Shown here: positions 1-8,319 of the stretch, piece by piece | How positions within the stretch are numbered: position 1 is the stretch's first letter | Layout: each line of letters begins with the position of its first letter | From: Cyanophyceae cyanobacterium | GTDB lineage: Bacteria; Cyanobacteriota; Cyanobacteriia; Thermostichales; Thermostichaceae | Direction: 5' to 3' | Assembly (NCBI GenBank): GCA_050330615.1 | Contig: JBHJNR010000045.1 | Coordinates: forward strand, 1 to 30,873 | Length of the DNA stretch: 30,873 nt | Notes under the pieces: model-generated | What the model was told of the DNA's origin: nothing | The model's input: only the letters and a program-made list of their open reading frames with translations | Databases searched by the model: none | Translations under genes and position numbers: made by a program

Positions 1-2
1 CC

Positions 3-155
3 CCGGCTTTGAACGTGTTGTGCGGCTTTGGCTCCAATGGTATGCCGATGGGCCTCCAGATTGCCGGACGGCCCTTTGATGAAGCCACGGTCTTGCAGGT
101 GGGCAATGCCTACGAGCAAGCGGCGGGTTGGCTCAGCCGTCACCCTGAGATCTGA
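3..155 (+). CDS. Amidase signature family protein (GatA/AtzE-like), C-terminal fragment running in from the window edge
   Basis: Hand translation from position 3 gives [50 protein letters not shown], matching the typical amidase C-terminus (P-x-G-x-Q...E-x-x-x-L). Stop TGA at 153-155. Confidence 0.8.
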   Translation, partial: PALNVLCGFGSNGMPMGLQIAGRPFDEATVLQVGNAYEQAAGWLSRHPEI

Positions 156-176
156 TTTCTCTGAGATGTGATTCCT
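145..176. repeat. Imperfect 16-bp tandem duplication over the amidase stop codon
   Basis: ctgagatctgatttct (145-160) is followed by ctgagatgtgattcct (161-176), 14/16 identical. Confidence 0.6.
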
Positions 177-237
177 CTGATCTTGAGGCAGTATCCCTGT
201 TCATTGAGTTGAGCCTGATGCTGCCTCATTTTGTCTT

Positions 238-1566
238 TTGCCTTTCCCTTTGACTGACATGCCCTTACCCGCTGTGCCTGCGGCACCCACCGCTGTTGCC
301 ACCTCACCCCCGATCCAGTCCAGCCGTGTGATCGCTCGGATCCCGTTTCACTACAGTTGGATCATTCTCGCTGTTGGCACCTTTGGGATGATGATGACGA
401 TACCCGGCCAAACGGTGGGGGTGTCGGTGTTTCTAGATCCCATGATTGCGGATCTGGGGCTGAGTCGCTCTCAGGTGTCCTTGATGTATACCCTGGGCAC
501 CCTGTTGGCCTCCTTTTGGCTACCGTTTGTCGGTCGCTTTGTGGATCGGCAAGGGCCACGTCTGGCGGTGGTGCTGATCTGCATCTTGTTCGCCTGTGCC
601 TGTATTGGCATGAGCTTGGTTAACGGTTTAGTCCCTTTATTCTTTGGCTTTGTCTCCATCCGGGCGTTGGGACAAGGGGGGCTCAGTTTGGTCAGCCGCC
701 AGGTGGTCAACCTCTGGTTTGTGCAGCGGCGGGGGTTCGCCATTGGGCTGATGGGGGTGGGCTTTGCTCTGGCCATGTCGGTGGTTCCTCTTGCGATTGC
801 CGCTTTGGTGAGCAGCTTGGGCTGGCGCATGGCTTACATGACGCTGGGCTTCACAGTTGCCCTGACCATCCTGCCAATTGGAGGGCTGTTTTATCGCGGT
901 CGGCCCGAGCTGTTTGGCCTGCAACCCGACGGGCCAGTCCGGGTTCGAGATGCCAATGCCCCACCTCCCATTCAGGAAAAGAATGTCACGGCAGATCAGG
1001 TTTGGCGCACACTGGTCTACTGGCTGTTCACGATGGGGACTTTCTCCATGAGCATGTTAGGCACCGCGTTGATGTTTCACCACTTTTCCATCATGGAAGC
1101 TGCTGGGTTGGATCGCTCAACGGCGGCACTGGTGCTGGTGCCGGTTGGCTTTGTGATGGCGGCCTCTAACTTTGTCTCCGGGATCCTAATGGATCGGGTC
1201 GCCCCTCGCTGGCTGTTGATCATCATGCTGGGGCTGTTGTTTTCGGCTTTGGTGATGCCGATGGGCTTGACCGGGTTGGTAGGGATGCTGGCCTATGCCT
1301 GTGTTTTGGGCTGGGGCATGAGCATGAGCAGCACCCTGCAGACGGGGGTCTATGCCTACTATTTTGGTCGCCTGCATTTGGGGGCGATCATGGGACAAAC
1401 CAGCACCATCACTGTGATTGGGGCGGCACTGGGGCCATTCGCCTTTGCCTACGGCCTAGAGCAGTTTGGGGACTATACCCTGACGCTGGGGCTGTCCGCC
1501 CTGATGCCATTGGCTATCGGCATCTTCGCTCTTTTCTCTCGGATCAAGTCTCCCTCAGAATCCTAG
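238..1566 (+). CDS. MFS transporter (OFA/oxalate:formate antiporter-like), paralog 1
   Basis: 442-aa ORF with about 12 hydrophobic segments and MFS motif A (GRFVDRQGPR; second-half GILMDRVAPR). An alternative ATG lies at 259. Confidence 0.85.
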   Translation: MPFPLTDMPLPAVPAAPTAVATSPPIQSSRVIARIPFHYSWIILAVGTFGMMMTIPGQTVGVSVFLDPMIADLGLSRSQVSLMYTLGTLLASFWLPFVGRFVDRQGPRLAVVLICILFACACIGMSLVNGLVPLFFGFVSIRALGQGGLSLVSRQVVNLWFVQRRGFAIGLMGVGFALAMSVVPLAIAALVSSLGWRMAYMTLGFTVALTILPIGGLFYRGRPELFGLQPDGPVRVRDANAPPPIQEKNVTADQVWRTLVYWLFTMGTFSMSMLGTALMFHHFSIMEAAGLDRSTAALVLVPVGFVMAASNFVSGILMDRVAPRWLLIIMLGLLFSALVMPMGLTGLVGMLAYACVLGWGMSMSSTLQTGVYAYYFGRLHLGAIMGQTSTITVIGAALGPFAFAYGLEQFGDYTLTLGLSALMPLAIGIFALFSRIKSPSES

Positions 1567-1681
1567 GGGCACCTATCGGCCCAGGTTTCCATCCCCAATG
1601 CCTTGAACTCAGCCTCTACTCAGGTTGGGGATCCCTCCACATCTAAGAAGGGTATCTATATCTTTTATTTCTCTCTCTGCC

Positions 1682-3013
1682 ATGCCTCTATCTTCTGCAC
1701 CAATGGCTTCCACCTCCCTGGCTCCCTCAGCGCCCGCGATGTCTAGCCGTGTGATCGACCGGATCCCCTTCCATTACAGTTGGGTGATCTTGGCCGCTGG
1801 CACCTTTGGGCTGATGATGACCATACCGGGGCAGACCATCGGGGTGTCGGTATTTTTGGATCCCATGATTGCGGATCTAGGTCTGAGCCGATCCCAAGTC
1901 TCCTTGATGTATATGGTGGGCACCCTGGTGGCCTCCCTGTGGCTGTCCTTTGTGGGCCGCTTCATCGATCGCAAAGGGCCGCGATTGGCGGTGGTGATCA
2001 TCTCTGGGCTGTTTGCCTGTGCCTGTGTGGGCATGGGCTTTGTCAATGGCCTGGTTACCCTTGGTCTGGGTTTTTTGACCATTCGGGCCTTGGGACAGGG
2101 GGGATTGGGTTTGGTCAGTCGCCAGGTGATCAACCTCTGGTTTGTCAAACGGCGGGGTTTTGCCCTGGGATTGATGGGGGTAGGCTTTGCCCTGGCTTCA
2201 TCGTTGGTGCCCTTACTGATCACAGGATTGGTGGCGGGATTGGGGTGGAGGATGGCCTATATGGCCCTGGGACTGGTGATCGCCCTGACCATTCTGCCGA
2301 TTGGAGCGATCTTCTATCGAGGGCGACCGGAGCTGTTTGGGCTTCAGCCCGATGGATCCCTGGCTACGGCTGATGGCAAAAGGGCCTCATCCCCTATCCA
2401 AGAGAAGAATGTGACGGCAGCGGTGGCCCGCCGGACGCTGGTTTTTTGGCTGTTTGCGGGGGGGACCTTCTCCATGAGTATGTTGGGCACTGCGTTGATG
2501 TTTCACCACTTTTCGATCATGGAAGCGGCGGGGTTGGATCGAGCCACGGCTGCACTGGTGCTAATGCCAATTGGGTTTGTCAAAGCCGCCGCTAATTTCA
2601 CCACCGGGATCCTGATGGATCGCATGGCCCCTCGCAGATTACTGGTGATCATGCTGGGCTTGCTAGTGTTGGCCTTGATCATGCCGATTGGCTTGACAGG
2701 TGTGGCGGGAATGCTGGCCTATGCCTGTGTGTTGGGCTGGGGGGTTGGCATGAGTGTCACCATCAATTCTGGGGTCTATGCCTACTATTTTGGGCGACTG
2801 CATCTGGGCACCATCATGGGGCAAACGGCCACCCTGACGGTGATTGGATCAGCGCTGGGGCCTTTTGCCTTTGCTTATGGACTGGAACGATTCGGCAACT
2901 ATAGCTTGACCTTGGGGCTGTCAGCGTTGATGCCATTGGCCATTGGCGTGTTTGCGAGTCTTGCCCGGATCCCAGATTCTTTTGAGCCCTCTGCCTCAGA
3001 CCCATCTTCCTGA
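1682..3013 (+). CDS. MFS transporter, paralog 2 (tandem duplicate)
   Basis: MFS motif A (GRFIDRKGPR), colinear with paralog 1 along its whole length. ATG 1682 is preferred over the TTG at 1625 used by the ORF track. Confidence 0.85.
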   Translation: MPLSSAPMASTSLAPSAPAMSSRVIDRIPFHYSWVILAAGTFGLMMTIPGQTIGVSVFLDPMIADLGLSRSQVSLMYMVGTLVASLWLSFVGRFIDRKGPRLAVVIISGLFACACVGMGFVNGLVTLGLGFLTIRALGQGGLGLVSRQVINLWFVKRRGFALGLMGVGFALASSLVPLLITGLVAGLGWRMAYMALGLVIALTILPIGAIFYRGRPELFGLQPDGSLATADGKRASSPIQEKNVTAAVARRTLVFWLFAGGTFSMSMLGTALMFHHFSIMEAAGLDRATAALVLMPIGFVKAAANFTTGILMDRMAPRRLLVIMLGLLVLALIMPIGLTGVAGMLAYACVLGWGVGMSVTINSGVYAYYFGRLHLGTIMGQTATLTVIGSALGPFAFAYGLERFGNYSLTLGLSALMPLAIGVFASLARIPDSFEPSASDPSS

Positions 3014-3098
3014 GATTAGTGAGTTCTCTCTCACTTTGACTCACTTAATCTTTCTGTTCTAAGCCCCACGACTCTCTACCACTCATTGTTTCCCAAGG

Positions 3099-3989
3099 AT
3101 GACTCCGACTATGGTTCTTTCTCAATCCAAACCCCTATCCGCCACTGCTAACTACGAACGCTTGTTACGCGCCCGTTATGGTTGGTCGGCTGAGACAGGG
3201 ATCCCTCAGGCTTTTACCCGTGCCCTGGAGGGACAACCTCAGCTTGCTCATCTGGAGGTGCTGCTCGATCACCGCTCACTGCGCTCTTACCGCTCCACCC
3301 CGTTGCCGGAGGGCACCCTCGAAACGATGGTGGCAGCGGCCCAATCAGCGGCTACATCCTCAAACTTACAGACCTGGAGCGTGGTGGCGATTCGGGATCC
3401 CGACCGTAAAGCTCGGTTGGCGGAGCTCGCGGGTGGACAGGCCCACATTAGTCAGTGCCCTCTCTACTTGGTCTGGCTGGCGGATCTGGCTCGCCTCAGC
3501 TCTTTGGGCGATCATCTGGGCCTGCCTCATGCGGCGTTGGATTACCTGGAGATGTTTTTGACCTCTGCGGTGGATGCTACTCTGGCGGCTCAAAATGCTG
3601 TGGTTGCGGCGGAAGGGTTGGGGTTGAGCACAGTCTATATCGGCTCCATGCGCAATCAGCCGGAAGCGGTGGCCGAGGTGCTGGGGTTGCCGCCCCACGT
3701 TTTTGCGGTGTTTGGCCTCTGTGTCGGCTACGCGGATCAAGAGGCCGCCATCAAGCCCCGCCTGCCTCAGTCCGTCGTTCTGCACCACGAGCAATATGAG
3801 ACGGGATCCCAATTGGAGGGCATTGAGGCCTATAACCAAACAATGCGGGAGTTCTATCGCGATCAAGCGATGCAGGTGGATGTGGATTGGGCCGAGCATT
3901 CCCTCAATCGGGTGGCTCAGCCAGAATCCTTATCGGGTCGGGATCGCTTACCGGAGGCGTTGAAGGCTTTGGGCTTTCCCATTCTTTAG
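3099..3989 (+). CDS. Nitroreductase-family NADPH-dependent flavin oxidoreductase (NfsA/Frp-like)
   Basis: HRSLRSY FMN-binding start, AATSSNLQTWSVV, YIGSMRN and KPRLP are typical NfsA/Frp motifs. Confidence 0.85.
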   Translation: MTPTMVLSQSKPLSATANYERLLRARYGWSAETGIPQAFTRALEGQPQLAHLEVLLDHRSLRSYRSTPLPEGTLETMVAAAQSAATSSNLQTWSVVAIRDPDRKARLAELAGGQAHISQCPLYLVWLADLARLSSLGDHLGLPHAALDYLEMFLTSAVDATLAAQNAVVAAEGLGLSTVYIGSMRNQPEAVAEVLGLPPHVFAVFGLCVGYADQEAAIKPRLPQSVVLHHEQYETGSQLEGIEAYNQTMREFYRDQAMQVDVDWAEHSLNRVAQPESLSGRDRLPEALKALGFPIL

Positions 3990-4074
3990 ATCATCTGAAT
4001 CATCAGCTTTTGCACAAGGGATCCCTCAATCTAGTACCCCTTGGTACAGCTCTCTCTACCATCGGTCAGCTTAG

Positions 4075-4096
4075 ACAAGGGGCTTAAGCCCCTTGT
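4075..4096. repeat. Perfect 22-bp intergenic palindrome (REP-like element or terminator hairpin)
   Basis: acaaggggcttaagccccttgt equals its own reverse complement. Confidence 0.75.
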
Positions 4097-4264
4097 TCGC
4101 AGTAGGTCGATTAACGCGGCCGAGTGCTCAAGAACTGATGCCCAAAAAGTAACCTCTGTACTCCCTAGCATTGGCTCAGGCGGCATGATGATCTCAATTG
4201 GATTTTCAAGATGAGATTGAGCTGTGCTAACCGGATTCTTTTGTCAGACTCTTGAGTGATAGTG

Positions 4265-5221
4265 ATGAAACTGATCCTGCCTGACCATATTTTCCCTGAA
4301 CTGGAAGCCCGACTACCCGAGGGATCCCTGGTTGCGACCTATACGCGGGAGGGGGAGATCGAAGGGGATCCCAGTGATGCGGAGGTCTATCTGCATTGGT
4401 TTCAGTGGTATCTCTCGGTTGAGGTCTTGGATCAAGTCCTGTCCCGTGCCCCCCAGGTGCGCTGGTTGCATACCCCCACGACGGGGATCAATCATCTGCA
4501 ACGCTCTACCCTGGTACCCCAACGGGATCTGACCCTGACCCACGGGGCTGGAGCCTTTGCCATCCCGATTGCCGAATATGTCTTCACCTACATGCTGGCC
4601 CACACCAAGCAGGTGGACAAATTGCGGGCATTGCAGTCAGAGCGCACATGGTTTCGCCCCCTGCAACTAAATGAGTTGTATGGCAAAACCATCTTGATCT
4701 TGGGCACGGGCACCCTCGGACAAGCCATTGCCGAACGAGCCCAAGTGTTTGGTCTGAGGGTTTGGGGCAGCCGTCGCCATCCACAGCCCACCCCAGGCTT
4801 TGATCAGATCTTTGATACCCAATCCTGGCGGCAGGTGTTGGGAGAGGTGGACTTTTTGGTGGTGGCCACCCCCCTCACCCCAGAGACCAAGGGCATGATC
4901 ACCCATGAGATCTTTGCGGCTCTGCCCAACCATGCCTATCTGATCAATGTGGCCCGTGGAGCCATCATCAACGAAGCGGATCTAATCGAAGCCTTACAAA
5001 CCGATCAGATCGCTGGAGCAACCCTAGATACGTTTACCACTGAACCTCTGCCCTCTGACCATCCGCTATGGTCGAGGTCTAATGTCTTGATCAGTCCCCA
5101 CTGTTCGGGATCCTCCCCTGCCGTCCACCAACGCTCCATCGACATTTTTCTGGACAACCTGCACCGCTACCAATCCGGGATCCCGCTGCGTAATCGAGTG
5201 GATTGGCAGGCGGGCTACTGA
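4265..5221 (+). CDS. D-2-hydroxyacid dehydrogenase family protein (NAD(P)-binding)
   Basis: GTGTLG Rossmann motif, INVARG, LDTFTTEPLP and ISPHCSG catalytic motifs. ATG 4265 is in frame with the track start at 4256. Confidence 0.88.
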   Translation: MKLILPDHIFPELEARLPEGSLVATYTREGEIEGDPSDAEVYLHWFQWYLSVEVLDQVLSRAPQVRWLHTPTTGINHLQRSTLVPQRDLTLTHGAGAFAIPIAEYVFTYMLAHTKQVDKLRALQSERTWFRPLQLNELYGKTILILGTGTLGQAIAERAQVFGLRVWGSRRHPQPTPGFDQIFDTQSWRQVLGEVDFLVVATPLTPETKGMITHEIFAALPNHAYLINVARGAIINEADLIEALQTDQIAGATLDTFTTEPLPSDHPLWSRSNVLISPHCSGSSPAVHQRSIDIFLDNLHRYQSGIPLRNRVDWQAGY

Positions 5222-5250
5222 GTCACCTATCCCCTATTTCTGGAGCAACC

Positions 5251-6330
5251 ATGCACCTGTTTGAATCTGTGCCTCTGCGGGGGCTGACAGCACGCAATCG
5301 CATCGTGGTTTCCCCCATGTGCCAATACTCCAGTCAGGATGGCTTTGCCAACGATTGGCACCTCGTCCATCTGGGCAGTTTTGCCCTAGGAGGGGCGGGC
5401 ATCGTGGTCTCAGAAGCAGCAGCGGTGGAACCCAGAGGTCGGATCAGCCCCCATGATCTGGGCATCTGGAAAGATGAGCACATCGAACCGCTGGCCCGCG
5501 TGACTGGCTTTATTCGAGAGCAGGGATCCATTCCGGCCATTCAGTTGGCCCATGCCGGACGCAAAGCCAGCATGCGCCGCTCGTGGGATGGCGGGGGGAT
5601 CGCTCCTGCCGAGGAGGGGGGCTGGCAGCCGATTGCCCCCAGTGGGATCCCGTTTGCCGATGACTATCTGACTCCAACGGCACTGGATGAGGCCGGGATC
5701 CGGCAGGTAATCGATGACTTTGTGGCAGCAGCCCAACGCTCGCTAGCGGCAGGCTTTCAGATCATCGAGATCCATGCCGCCCACGGCTATCTGCTGCATG
5801 AGTTTCTCTCCCCCCTCAGCAACCACCGACACGATCGCTATGGGGCGGCTCCTAATCCAGCAGAATCTTTTGATAACCGGACTCGCCTGCTGCGGGAGGT
5901 GGTGAAGGAAACCCGGCTAGCGCTGCCGGATGGGGTGCCCTTGTTCGTGCGCATCTCCGCCACCGATTGGGCTCCAGGCGGCTGGGATCTGCCTCAATCG
6001 ATCCAGCTGGCTACGCATCTGAAAACGTTGGGGGTGGATCTGGTGGATTGCTCGTCCGGCGGGTTGGTGCCCGGAGTTCAGTTGCCCCTTGGCCCCGGTT
6101 ATCAGACCGCTTTTGCCGCTCAGATTCGGGCTCAAGCCGGGATCCCAACGGGGGCGGTGGGGATGATCACCTCGGCGGCTCAGGCGGATCATCTGGTGCG
6201 CACCGAGCAGGCGGATTTTGTCTTGTTGGGTCGCGAATTATTACGGGATCCCCATTGGCCGCTACGAGCTGCCCATGAGTTGGGACAAGCGGGATCCTGG
6301 CCGATCCAGTACCAACGGGCCAAGCTCTAA
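5251..6330 (+). CDS. NADH:flavin oxidoreductase / Old Yellow Enzyme (YqjM/NamA-like subclass)
   Basis: NRIVVSPMCQY, IQLAHAGRKAS, IHAAHGYLLHEFLSPLSN and GRELLRDPHW. ATG 5251 follows GGAG; the track start at 5203 overlaps the previous gene. Confidence 0.9.
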   Translation: MHLFESVPLRGLTARNRIVVSPMCQYSSQDGFANDWHLVHLGSFALGGAGIVVSEAAAVEPRGRISPHDLGIWKDEHIEPLARVTGFIREQGSIPAIQLAHAGRKASMRRSWDGGGIAPAEEGGWQPIAPSGIPFADDYLTPTALDEAGIRQVIDDFVAAAQRSLAAGFQIIEIHAAHGYLLHEFLSPLSNHRHDRYGAAPNPAESFDNRTRLLREVVKETRLALPDGVPLFVRISATDWAPGGWDLPQSIQLATHLKTLGVDLVDCSSGGLVPGVQLPLGPGYQTAFAAQIRAQAGIPTGAVGMITSAAQADHLVRTEQADFVLLGRELLRDPHWPLRAAHELGQAGSWPIQYQRAKL

Positions 6331-6451
6331 CGAATTGCTGGTCTGGCGTTGATCGAAAGGAGATCTCAACTATTAGTTTATCTCATTTTACCTAATTACT
6401 TGCCAGTTCTCCACTAGAGAAGTAACCTTAGGATATGAGCTGGAGTCTATT

Positions 6452-6634
6452 ATGGAAGATCAAAAATTTAAATATCATGCTTTTCAGATAGCGAGTGAGG
6501 TAGCTCAAGTCAGACTCTCTCAGTTTGATGCTGCTGTACGCCGTGTGCAAGCAGCCGACGATGCACAGGCAACCTACGCTCACACCTCTTCAGGACAACA
6601 ACCTCAAAAGTGTGTGTCAGAAAATGAAGACTGA
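6452..6634 (+). CDS. Hypothetical 60-aa protein directly upstream of dgt
   Basis: Short ORF with ATG preceded by GGAG, ending 9 bp before the dgt ATG. No recognizable motif. Confidence 0.3.
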   Translation: MEDQKFKYHAFQIASEVAQVRLSQFDAAVRRVQAADDAQATYAHTSSGQQPQKCVSENED

Positions 6635-6643
6635 GCCTGATTG

Positions 6644-8166
6644 ATGAATAAATCAAAATCTCTTTACTCTTCTGGAGATAGAGATCGATATGTTAATGAG
6701 TCATCATCAGAAGATAGCTATCGATCTTCCTTCCGTAGAGACTATGCTCGGATACAGCCTATTCAATAAATATCCAATACAGCTTTTCTATCCTTGCAGT
6801 CTTCTAGGGGTCTTGAGAGCGAGAGCTGTCACACTTAATAAGTGAACAAGCTGTAATCCATTCCCCCTCATTTCGTAGGCTACAGGGCAAAACCCAACTA
6901 TTCCCTGGTTTTGAGAATGAATTTTTTCGGAATCGGCTAACCCATTCACTTGAGGTTGCCCAGATAGCAAAGTCTATAGCTCTACGTTTTAATAAAGAGA
7001 TAGGAGAAAATAATGAAATTAAGATCGATCTCGACCTAGTCGAATTTGCAGGGCTAGCTCATGATCTAGGACATCCACCATTTGGCCACAATGGCGAACA
7101 TGTTCTTGACGAGAAAATGAAAGAATATGGTGGGTTTGAAGGCAATGCACAAACCCTACGGATACTTGCTCGTCTTGAGAAGAAACGTCTATATAATGAT
7201 GTCCCACCGCAAGCGAAAGATGTTGGAGTTTCTCCAGATGGTAAAGATTACCGAGCTGGGTTGAACTTAACGGCTCGTACTCTGGCTTCTGTCCTGAAAT
7301 ACGACCACATGATACCCAGCGAGAGACCATCGGGCGATGGCTTAGCAAAGGGATATTATAATTCCGAGTCAGCTCTCGTAAAGTGGTTAAAGAGTAAAGT
7401 TTTAGGCCCTCAGCCCGACTTAGATGAGTCAGTCCCATTCAAAACCATAGAATGTCAAATCATGGATTTGGCTGATGATATTGCTTATTCAACTTATGAC
7501 TTAGAGGATTCACTCAAAGCCAAGTTTCTCACCCCTCTCGAAATTCTCTCCTTAGGGGAAAGTTTTCGCAGTAAAGTTGCAACTGAAGTTAGTAAGGCTA
7601 TAAAGTATAAATTTACGGCAGATGATGTCTTAGAAGAACTAATTAAGATATTTGGTGAAGTTGTTAAAGAGTCTAGTGACTCAATCGTAGAACTCACAAA
7701 AGTTGTAGATGCTTACCAAAGATCAGAGGAAATAGCTACTTCAGGTTACGCCCGTATTGACCTCACCTCACAATTAGTGGGAGATTTTATCTCTGGAGTT
7801 GAATTTGAATACAATGACGAACTCCCAGTATTATCTAAGGCTTCGTTAAACAAAGAAACACTCCGACAAGTAGAAACGTTAAAGCGGTTAACTTATAATG
7901 CAATGATTCTGTCTCCTAGACTTAGTGTCGCAGAATATAGAGGCTCTGAGATTGTAGGTGCAATATTTGAAGCTCTTACAGAGCCGAAAGGCAGATATCT
8001 CCTCCCTAATGATGTCCAGCTTCTTTTTGATAGATTCGATGGCTCCCAAAACAAGAAAATGCGAGTGATATGTGACTTTATTGCTTGTATGACTGATTCT
8101 TATGCTATAGAATTCTATGCACGTCTTAAATCAGAAAATGCTCGGACTATCTTTAAGCCTTTATAG
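6644..8166 (+). pseudogene. dgt: Deoxyguanosinetriphosphate triphosphohydrolase (dGTPase, HD family), interrupted by a MITE-like insertion
   Basis: Frame 2 from ATG 6644 reads MNKSKSLYSSGDRDRYVNESSSEDSYRSSFRRDYARI. Frame 1 from 6856 reads IHSPSFRRLQGKTQLFPG...RNRLTHSLEVAQ...GLAHDLGHPPFGHNGE...FEGNAQTLRIL...ADDIAYSTYDLED...DFIACMTD. Deleting 101 bp joins these as RIIHS in one 473-aa ORF. Confidence 0.92.
6755..6853. mobile_element. 99-bp non-autonomous MITE-like element with TA target duplication (IS630/Tc1-mariner-like)
   Basis: Flanked by TA at 6753-6754 and 6854-6855. Termini cagcctattca and tgaacaagctg are imperfect inverted repeats (9/11). No transposase is encoded, and removal restores the dgt frame exactly. 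Confidence 0.85.
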
Positions 8167-8247
8167 ATATTCTTAATTGGCTTCCATAATAATATGGGTG
8201 CAGATGTCAAAATTGAAGATAGTAATAAGATCGATAATCTCTCCAAG

Positions 8248-8285
8248 AAAAGGATCCCTGGTGATAGGCTGAGGGATCCTTTTTT
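8248..8285. terminator. Probable bidirectional intrinsic terminator between convergent dgt and bicA
   Basis: 12-bp inverted repeat aaaaggatccct / agggatcctttt with a 12-nt loop, a T-run on the + strand and an A-run on the other side. Confidence 0.65.
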
Positions 8286-8319
8286 GAGGTTCGGTAGTTT
8301 TTCTAGTGGCTAGTCAGGT

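Noticed and set aside
4034-4047. NtcA-like GTA-N8-TAC site (gtaccccttggtac)
   Set aside because: It matches only the minimal consensus, and no TA-N3-T -10 box lies about 22 nt downstream. It is likely a chance short palindrome.
6750-6860. Programmed frameshift or sequencing error as the cause of the dgt frame change
   Set aside because: There are 101 extra bases with stop codons, inverted ends and a TA duplication. That is an insertion, not a 1-bp slip.
7117-8166. 349-aa ORF taken as a complete gene
   Set aside because: It starts downstream of the HD motif (AHDLGH). The upstream in-frame sequence back to 6856 and the frame-2 segment from 6644 show it is the tail of an interrupted dgt.
8194-8313. 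Short ORF MGADVKIEDSNKIDN... after dgt as a second islet gene
   Set aside because: It is only about 39 codons, reads through the terminator hairpin and has no recognizable similarity.
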